Virus record (IMG/VR): IMGVR_UViG_3300030107_002709
Span: 1 to 64,000 of that record
Direction: 5' to 3' (one strand)
Length of the DNA: 64,000 nucleotides
Source: a virus
Shown: piece by piece, positions 57,226 to 64,000 of the stretch
Position numbering within the stretch: the stretch's first letter is position 1
Layout of the letters: each line of letters opens with the position of its first letter
The notes under the pieces: generated by a model
Told to the model about the DNA's origin: nothing
Database searches by the model: none
The model's input: the letters and a program-made list of their open reading frames with translations, nothing else
Translations under genes and position numbers: made by a program

Positions 57226-58632
57226 TTACATGAGGTTAGTAACTTGTACACGTCTGTAGTACATGTTAGCATTAGCGGTAAGTGTCTCACCATCAGGTGT
57301 TCCACTGTATAAACCGTTAGTTGTAACGAATGGGTTTGAAACCATACCATAACGTGTCTTGAATCCAATTTTTGGTTGGAAGTTGTTAGGATCAATACTG
57401 CGAACCATTTGTAGAGGTACATATGGGCAATAGAATAATCCAGCGTCATAAGGAGAAGTTCCCTTATAACCAACAACATAGTAGTGCTTATCAGATAGAT
57501 TAGCAGCATAAGGGTCAACGTAGACCTTAATGCGTCCGTTGATTGTACCAACTAGAAGATTTCCAGTATCATCAACTTCACCAATGGAAGGACCACCAGC
57601 ACCAGTTAAACCAGAACTATAGTCAAGTACACCAGCCATTGCTAGAGCACTAGCAACGTCAGCAGAACACATCAAGAAGTTACCCTTTCCTCTACGAGTC
57701 TCTTGTGCGATTGCGTTACAATCTCTCTCGATTTGGAATAGGAGTCCCTTGAATTTCTCAACTGACCATCTACCGTTTGAATCAACGTCTAGATCGAATA
57801 TACCAGCAGTTGCTACGTTATTAGCAGCACCTTTCTTAGCAACGCTATAGACTCTACGAACAACCTCACGGTTGATTTCAGCAAGCACTTCAGAAGATAG
57901 GATGTTAGCAAGTTCTTGCTCGGCATCTAATCCATGAATAGCTTTCAAGTCTTGAGCTAGTTCTAAGGTATACTCTGCCTTGAGGGCTCTGGACTTAGCA
58001 GTCACAGAAGTCTTCTCAATGCTGAATGACATCTCACGGAATAGGTTTCCTGTGTCACCCATTGTTTCTAGGTCTTCCCTAGACATTCCGTCTTGAACCT
58101 CATAGGTTCCAGGTGATGCATCATTCAACAGTGCAGGGTTGTTACCCTCAGAGTCTCCACCAACACCAGCACCTGTTCTAGGTGTGTATGCTCCTTTGGT
58201 AGCCTCTCCAGCAGCAGAGAATCCTGTGTCTGGTTCGTTGAATAGTGCCTCTTCGCCTCCTTGGTTCTCGTAGCGAGATCTCATTGCAAAGATCAATCCA
58301 GTAGGTCCAGACATAGGCTGAACACCACAGATATCATATGCAACTAGGTTAGGCATTGAACGGCGAATCAAGCTGATGAGAACTGGGTCGAAACCAGCTA
58401 GTCCAGCTGTATTGCTGTTACCGAGTGCTGATCCAGCAGGGGATACAGTACTTGCACCGAGAGCGTTCACGGCGACTTCGTTTAACATTCCCTTCTCTTC
58501 ACGAAGGAATCTTTCTTGGTTTTCTAACAGAACTGCGGTAACCGCTTTCTTATAATTGTCTTTGATGGTAGAACTACCTTCGTGACTAAGAACAGGATCC
58601 CACTTCTCTGTTAGGGCTTTTGCATTAAACAT
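57226..58632 (-). CDS. gp23: major capsid protein (gp23)
   Basis: LLENQE, GVQPMSGPTGLIFAMR, KAEYTLELAQDLKAIHGLDAE.EL, FKTRYG. Confidence 0.98.
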   Translation of the reverse strand: MFNAKALTEKWDPVLSHEGSSTIKDNYKKAVTAVLLENQERFLREEKGMLNEVAVNALGASTVSPAGSALGNSNTAGLAGFDPVLISLIRRSMPNLVAYDICGVQPMSGPTGLIFAMRSRYENQGGEEALFNEPDTGFSAAGEATKGAYTPRTGAGVGGDSEGNNPALLNDASPGTYEVQDGMSREDLETMGDTGNLFREMSFSIEKTSVTAKSRALKAEYTLELAQDLKAIHGLDAEQELANILSSEVLAEINREVVRRVYSVAKKGAANNVATAGIFDLDVDSNGRWSVEKFKGLLFQIERDCNAIAQETRRGKGNFLMCSADVASALAMAGVLDYSSGLTGAGGPSIGEVDDTGNLLVGTINGRIKVYVDPYAANLSDKHYYVVGYKGTSPYDAGLFYCPYVPLQMVRSIDPNNFQPKIGFKTRYGMVSNPFVTTNGLYSGTPDGETLTANANMYYRRVQVTNLM

Positions 58633-58671
58633 GCGATTATACCTCTATGAGAATATCGTTAATTGTTGTGT

Positions 58672-59832
58672 TTATTCCCAACGACTAAGAGCATCCACAT
58701 AAGCGTTCATAGCTGGTGTGTTTGCAACTTCCTCGACAGGAGTTTCATCTGCTGCAGATGCTACTTTAGGAGCATCTCCTTTGAAGTAGCTTTCCTTGAG
58801 AGTATTGATCTTCTTGGAATATTCTTCCTCTGAAGTAAATTCAATTCCTTCTGCAAGTGCAGCTAGTTTGTCTTTCTGAGTATCCACCAATCCTTCTGAC
58901 ACAGTGTTCAGAATAACTTTCTTTGTGTTCTCATCCAGACGGGTTTGAAGTTTCACATTAGACTTGACCTGTTCGTCAAGGCGTTCTTCCATTTTACGAA
59001 TTTGTTCAGCCATACCTTCTACCACATCGACTTTCTCATCGGGGATAGAAATGTAGTGCTCTTCAAAGAGATTCTTCAGACCTGCAATGAAGTCTTCTGT
59101 AATCTCATTCTTTATACCACGGTCTAGGGCGATTTGGTTCTCTTCAACCCATCTACCGATGGCGTAGTTAACTGTGCCATTAACTTCCTCTGCAAGTTCT
59201 GCCTTAGCAGACTCAACTTTCTCAGCAGATTCTTTAGCAAAGTGTTCTACAAGCTTTGTATGCTCTTCTGCAAGTTTTGACTTGATAGCAGCCTCGAAGA
59301 TTGTCTTGGCTTTCTCAGCAAACTCTTCAGAGAGTTCTGTACCTTCAAGGAGAGCTTTAACATCGTCAGCTACGTCAACTTCCTCGAATGAAGGCTTAAT
59401 TGGGTATTGTACGTCAGGTCCAGAAGTAGTACCATAAGCAGCAGCAGTACCTACAGAAGGTGTTGCTCCTTGATCACCAGCATCATTTATATTTGCGGTT
59501 TGTGCTGTACCATCTGATTGTGCTCCTTTGGCTCCAACGGGGGCAGCAGCCTTAGCACCTGGATTATCTTCACCTGCATCATTTCCATCAGGTCTTGGTC
59601 CACCATTGTCGGTTATTGACTGACCTGCAGTAGCAGCATCTGTCCCAACACTAGGTTGTGGATCTTTGTGGGAATCCCTCTTGGGTTCACCTGTTACCGC
59701 ACCAGGTGCTGGTGGGTTTGATGGAAGAACAGCCGCAGAAACACTAGGCATTGGATCTTGTCCAGCCTCAGAAAGAACTTTTTCATTCTCACTAACGAAT
59801 TCCGCAAACTTTTCGTTTAACATATCTGACAT
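58672..59832 (-). CDS. gp22: prohead core scaffold (gp22)
   Basis: LSEEF..KAKTIFEAA, LFEEHY, LKESYF, M.AY..AL; start set after the late promoter. Confidence 0.92.
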   Translation of the reverse strand: MSDMLNEKFAEFVSENEKVLSEAGQDPMPSVSAAVLPSNPPAPGAVTGEPKRDSHKDPQPSVGTDAATAGQSITDNGGPRPDGNDAGEDNPGAKAAAPVGAKGAQSDGTAQTANINDAGDQGATPSVGTAAAYGTTSGPDVQYPIKPSFEEVDVADDVKALLEGTELSEEFAEKAKTIFEAAIKSKLAEEHTKLVEHFAKESAEKVESAKAELAEEVNGTVNYAIGRWVEENQIALDRGIKNEITEDFIAGLKNLFEEHYISIPDEKVDVVEGMAEQIRKMEERLDEQVKSNVKLQTRLDENTKKVILNTVSEGLVDTQKDKLAALAEGIEFTSEEEYSKKINTLKESYFKGDAPKVASAADETPVEEVANTPAMNAYVDALSRWE

Positions 59833-59870
59833 TTGAGTTTCCCCTAAGATTCGTACAATAAGTCTAAGTT

Positions 59871-59878
59871 TATTTATA
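59871..59878 (-). promoter_or_regulatory. late promoter TATAAATA
   Basis: Exact consensus upstream of gp22. Confidence 0.85.
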
Positions 59879-59881
59879 GAT

Positions 59882-60526
59882 TTATAATCCTGAAAGGAAA
59901 TGTTCAAACACTTTAAGTGTCCTTTCCTCAAGATTTTTGTGAGTAGACTTGCTCACATAACTCTGGTATTTAGCAACTTCGGTCTCCTTAAGAATACCGT
60001 TGTTCCAAACCCACTCTTTACCTTCCATGATACCATTAACAAATGCATCAGGTGCGGAAGGATCAGCAACTATATCTGCTGCTGTTGCTAACATGAAGTC
60101 ATCCATTACATAATTAGCATCTTCTTGTTTGTTGATGCTACCCATTCCTCTAGATGATACACCCAATTGAACACCCTCTCCTAAAAGAGACTTAGCGATC
60201 TTACCCATTGGTGTGTCTAAGATCTGGGCTTTTCCGATGAAGTTAGAACCTTCAGCAGTAAGCGATGTGATTCTGTGGGAAACACGGTCAAGGTTAACAG
60301 TAGGACCATCAGGATGACCCAACTCACCAAGAGCACGTTTTGTTTTAACGTATTCTTCATTATATCTACCTACTTCAGTTTCAAGAACTTTGAAAGGGTA
60401 TATTCTACCATTTCTATTCTTAAGTTCTGCTTGTAGGAAAACACCTTCGATGTATAATTTTTTATCATCGCCTTTACCTTCAGTGATGACTTTTACATCT
60501 TCAATCTGTTCCGTTATCAGTTTCAT
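59882..60526 (-). CDS. gp21: prohead protease (gp21)
   Basis: NRNGR.Y, ALGELGHP, GVSSRGMG, ADPSAPDAF. Confidence 0.96.
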   Translation of the reverse strand: MKLITEQIEDVKVITEGKGDDKKLYIEGVFLQAELKNRNGRIYPFKVLETEVGRYNEEYVKTKRALGELGHPDGPTVNLDRVSHRITSLTAEGSNFIGKAQILDTPMGKIAKSLLGEGVQLGVSSRGMGSINKQEDANYVMDDFMLATAADIVADPSAPDAFVNGIMEGKEWVWNNGILKETEVAKYQSYVSKSTHKNLEERTLKVFEHFLSGL

Positions 60527-60713
60527 TGGATGGCTCCTCTACCTGTGGTTCATCAAAAAAAGTCTTGGCCACGACTTGCTTGTAGCTTTTAATTGCATCA
60601 GCAGCACGTGAGAATAATATATCATTAACAGCATCCAATGCATCAGCTCTTTTGCCGTCTTTGATTGTATCAACTACTGAAAGAACTTCAGCGTTGGGAT
60701 TCGATTGTTCCAT
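60501..60713 (-). CDS. small prohead-core-like protein (gp67/68 position)
   Basis: Between portal and protease; CTAAATA at 60724-60730. Confidence 0.65.
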   Translation of the reverse strand: MEQSNPNAEVLSVVDTIKDGKRADALDAVNDILFSRAADAIKSYKQVVAKTFFDEPQVEEPSNETDNGTD

Positions 60714-60722
60714 GACTATCTT

Positions 60723-62402
60723 TTATTTAGTATTACTAGTGGTTTTGGCTGGAGCAGGTTTAAGCTTAGCTTGTTGCTTAGCCAATTCCATGTCTCTCTT
60801 TTGATCATCTTCAGCATTTTGTGCCTCGATCTCAGGAGCGAAAGCATCGTTCTGACGATCCATTGTATCGAATGTATTAACATCGATTGGATCCATTACG
60901 ATACCCATATCAATCTCCTTCCTCATCTGCTTATCTTGTTCCTTAATATCTGCTTCTTTGTGACCAAGAATATTACGGCGAATATAATCAACAGAATAAT
61001 ATTTACCCACATAAGGATCCATCTGTGTTACTAGAGCAATCCTTTGGGTTTCCATCTCAAGCTCTTTTAATTCATTGAAATGATTGTCGTGTATGTAATC
61101 ATACTGGATATGCTCTTGCATATCATCCCAATCTTCAGGAGCAATAACTCCTTTAAGAATTAGTTGAGTCTTAAGAATATCTTGGAAGAGGAAACTAAAT
61201 CTTTTGCGTAGTCTTCCAATGAACTTAGTAAACTTGAGTTCGTCTCTAAGAACTTCCGTAGTCTTACCGAGATTAAAACCTTTGTTATCGTCAGTAAGGC
61301 GAGATGGTGGAAGGTTAAGTGAGTTATATAACTTCTTCTTAAAGTATTCAACGTCTTTAAGTTCACCAAGGTTTTGTCCTCCAGGTAAAGTAGTAATTTC
61401 AGTTCCACGACCACCTTCTCTACGAGGTAACCAGAAATCCTCAAGCATACTCATATGCTTTTTATCATCTCTGATCTCACCTGTCTGTGCATCATAGACA
61501 AGCTTGTTCCTGTAGCGAGACATTACATCACGTAGATATTGTTCCGCTTTAACCTTTGGAAGGTTACCTACATCGATGTAAAATATTCTTCTTTCTGGTG
61601 CACGAGATAAACGATAGATGACCAGAGCATCCTCAATCATTCTAAGTTGATTGAGAGACTTAATTCCTTTATGCAAGAAACTAAGATGCATCCTTCTGTT
61701 CATGTCCATCAATCCAGAATGGCTAAATGTAACAGAATCGTATGCTAATCTAATTCCTTGGTTACCAGCAAAATCTCCAGTACCAATTAATGAAGACTGT
61801 CTACCGAAACCTTGTGGGTTGTAGATATAATAATCTACGTAGTCTCCCCACTCATGTTCAAGGGCAGTACCACGTACAGTTGTTGGATCTTCTACCTTCT
61901 TAATTTTTTGTCTGACCCTTCTTATTTTCATTGGGTCAATGTAGCGAAGCTCAGTAATTCCTTCTGTTGGTTTCGCTAAATCTATTACTTTGTGGTAATA
62001 TGCCCTACCATCTACATACCAATTACGTATAATTTCATGGGCTTTCATATCAAAACCGAGAAGACGCTTGATGTAATCAAACTCTTCTCGGATCCTTTTC
62101 TTTACGGAAGCTCCCACTTCCAAATTTGTTAAATCAATTTGTACACAGGTATCGTTAAGGTCATTAACCACAAACTCGTTAACAATATCATCAACAGCTG
62201 AATCACATTCTGGGTGGAGGGACATATCCCTATACCTTTTTATGAGATCAAACTCGTTTCTTGCCTGTGCATCAGTTTCAACATATGTGCCAAAATAACC
62301 ACCTGCTGCTACGGCAACTCCGTCTTCAGCATTTGGAGGAACGGGAGATTGACCCTTCCGTTCCCCTTTCTTGTTAATTTGGAATCCAAATAGTTGACTC
62401 AT
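60723..62402 (-). CDS. gp20: portal protein (gp20)
   Basis: WYVDGR, YR.SRAPERRIFYIDVGNLP, EDFWLPRREGGRGTEI.TLPGG. Confidence 0.97.
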   Translation of the reverse strand: MSQLFGFQINKKGERKGQSPVPPNAEDGVAVAAGGYFGTYVETDAQARNEFDLIKRYRDMSLHPECDSAVDDIVNEFVVNDLNDTCVQIDLTNLEVGASVKKRIREEFDYIKRLLGFDMKAHEIIRNWYVDGRAYYHKVIDLAKPTEGITELRYIDPMKIRRVRQKIKKVEDPTTVRGTALEHEWGDYVDYYIYNPQGFGRQSSLIGTGDFAGNQGIRLAYDSVTFSHSGLMDMNRRMHLSFLHKGIKSLNQLRMIEDALVIYRLSRAPERRIFYIDVGNLPKVKAEQYLRDVMSRYRNKLVYDAQTGEIRDDKKHMSMLEDFWLPRREGGRGTEITTLPGGQNLGELKDVEYFKKKLYNSLNLPPSRLTDDNKGFNLGKTTEVLRDELKFTKFIGRLRKRFSFLFQDILKTQLILKGVIAPEDWDDMQEHIQYDYIHDNHFNELKELEMETQRIALVTQMDPYVGKYYSVDYIRRNILGHKEADIKEQDKQMRKEIDMGIVMDPIDVNTFDTMDRQNDAFAPEIEAQNAEDDQKRDMELAKQQAKLKPAPAKTTSNTK

Positions 62403-62428
62403 TATATTATTCGTCTAACCAACTATAC

Positions 62429-62436
62429 TATTTATA
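62429..62436 (-). promoter_or_regulatory. late promoter TATAAATA
   Basis: Exact consensus 27 nt upstream of gp20. Confidence 0.85.
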
Positions 62437-62440
62437 CCAG

Positions 62441-63064
62441 TTAAACCGAGACGGTTTCTTTGATATCTGGAGGAGATGACTCCGCAGATGCCTTAGCTTC
62501 TGCTGTCCAGTATGATAGTTGGAACTCAACTGAGAATTCAGAAACCTGATCATTGCTATCGTAAGCTAGATCGATTTGTGAAACACTAGTTGGGAATGCA
62601 TGCCAGAGTGTATACTCTCTGATACCACCACCAGAAATAGTACCAGTAGTTGCATTCTTTTCAAGTTGTATAACTGAAAGGTTAGCCATGTAACCCTCAG
62701 AACTACTTGTTGGTCTGAATAATGGAGATGCATTATTTTCATGAGAGTTGATCTTAGCCAACCACTCTTCAAAATAAGCACGAATCTTCATGTCTTCATC
62801 ATTGATGAATGTTGCAGACCATGTATCGAAGGTGCGATCACCTGCGATTTTTACTGTGCGTCCTCTAAATGGGACTTCTATTACACCCAAGTTAGATGCA
62901 GGGAGTGCTGCAGACTTACAAAGAATGTTTACTAGATCCTTATCTAGAACTCCTTTTCCTTGATCAAGCTCACTAGGCCAGTTAACACTGACCTGATACA
63001 TATTGGGTTTAACACCCTGTTTGATCTTATTAAGGAACTGTGATACGTTTGAATTAATAGCCAT
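62441..63064 (-). CDS. gp19: tail tube protein (gp19)
   Basis: CKSAALP.S..G.IEVPFRGR..KIAGDRTF..W, FPT.VS.IDL. Confidence 0.94.
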   Translation of the reverse strand: MAINSNVSQFLNKIKQGVKPNMYQVSVNWPSELDQGKGVLDKDLVNILCKSAALPASNLGVIEVPFRGRTVKIAGDRTFDTWSATFINDEDMKIRAYFEEWLAKINSHENNASPLFRPTSSSEGYMANLSVIQLEKNATTGTISGGGIREYTLWHAFPTSVSQIDLAYDSNDQVSEFSVEFQLSYWTAEAKASAESSPPDIKETVSV

Positions 63065-63099
63065 TTTAAATTACCTTCCTACGAGTTTGTGGTTATGGA

Positions 63100-64000
63100 T
63101 TAAGAACGACCTACGACTTCGCTGAAGGAAACTCCAGATCTCGTAGCGACAAATGATAATGTAATGTAGTTGATAGAGCGTGTAGGCTTGATGTAAACCT
63201 CGGCAACAAATTCATTACGGTCAATAACACTAGGTGTATTATTTGACTCATCACATACTACTTGGAAGTCTGTAACACCCCTTCCAGCTTGTACCTCAGA
63301 AAGGTAAGAAGAAAGTGCATTATTGAAACCAGCTCTTGTAGTCTCATCATTTTGTTCAAATATAACTGCCTTAGCAAGTGCTTCTGCTCTCTCCTCAATA
63401 TTGATGAAGAGTCTACGAACATTAATTCTGTCGAATGCAGAAGGTGAAGATAGTGCAGTCTTATCACCAAATAGTGTGATGCCTTGACCAGGGAAAGAAA
63501 CAATTGGGTTGATTCTATTCTGATAAAGTTCATCTCTATCTGCTGAAGTTGGGTTGTATGCTAGTTTAATAGCATTACGTACTCCACCTCGTGTAAGTCC
63601 TGCAGGTGAGAACCAGTCATCAAGTGTTGTAGAAGTTGCAACACATAGACCAGCAACATCTCCGTTGCAAGGAACATAACGATACTTATCATTGAAACGA
63701 TCATAGAAATACTTATAACCGCTATCAAATACTGCGTATGAAGAAGAACTTAATGTTGAGAAGAAGTTAACTGTGTTATCCTTCTGATCTTTCCTTGAAA
63801 GAGCAACAGTTCCAGAAACCTGAGCACCTTTGTGTGCAGAAACGAATGCGATAGCATCTTTTCTTAGGTTAGCAGTAGTGATACATGCAGCAGCTTTCAA
63901 CTTAGAATCTGCTTCAGTTCCCATTGAACCACCCATAAGGATGAAGTTAACATCAACTGTCTCTGTATCATTAAACTCTTGAAGACCTGTACTAAACTCT
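63100..64000 (-). CDS. gp18: tail sheath protein (gp18), partial
   Basis: WFSPAG..RG, GDKT, FDRINVRRLF, FEQND, IKP.RSINYI.L.F; frame continues past the window end. Confidence 0.96.
   Translation of the reverse strand, partial: EFSTGLQEFNDTETVDVNFILMGGSMGTEADSKLKAAACITTANLRKDAIAFVSAHKGAQVSGTVALSRKDQKDNTVNFFSTLSSSSYAVFDSGYKYFYDRFNDKYRYVPCNGDVAGLCVATSTTLDDWFSPAGLTRGGVRNAIKLAYNPTSADRDELYQNRINPIVSFPGQGITLFGDKTALSSPSAFDRINVRRLFINIEERAEALAKAVIFEQNDETTRAGFNNALSSYLSEVQAGRGVTDFQVVCDESNNTPSVIDRNEFVAEVYIKPTRSINYITLSFVATRSGVSFSEVVGRS

Noticed and set aside
57162-57551. 129-aa alternative-frame ORF overlapping the gp23 3' end (possible capsid extension)
   Set aside because: No slippery heptamer seen near the gp23 stop, and the frame runs through the terminator
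1-64000. CRISPR array, tRNA genes, diversity-generating retroelement
   Set aside because: No regularly spaced repeats, no tRNA signatures, and no reverse transcriptase or template/variable repeat pair seen by eye

Overview
A 64 kb segment of a T4-like cyanomyovirus (Kyanoviridae-type; AT-rich, with pebS, talC, purN, hsp20 and mazG, suggesting a Prochlorococcus or marine Synechococcus host). Essentially all genes lie on the minus strand. In transcription order: tail sheath/tube, portal, protease, scaffold and major capsid (gp18-gp23); gp3, uvsY, uvsW, gp55, gp47/46; a MoxR-type AAA+/vWA pair; the replication block (gp45, gp44, dam, purN, gp62, regA, hsp20, gp43, uvsX, gp41, mazG); a late-promoter accessory block (nuclease-like, ligase-like, HxGH nucleotidyltransferase, lipase, Ig-domain protein); primase and nrdAB; auxiliary metabolic genes; and three large modular tail-fibre genes. 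No tRNA, CRISPR array, intron or intein was seen. The most notable observations are: (1) an apparent -1 programmed ribosomal frameshift (A_AAA_AAG plus stem-loop) at ~28.46 kb; (2) a late-gated PD-(D/E)XK-like nuclease + KxDG ligase-like + HxGH nucleotidyltransferase module whose first RBS is buried in a terminator hairpin containing a late promoter; (3) a ~113-nt structured RNA with its own promoter at ~15.5 kb; (4) a near-consensus antisense promoter next to gp55; (5) a motif exactly 28 nt upstream of three -10 boxes. All family assignments come from motif recognition by eye; no searches were run.
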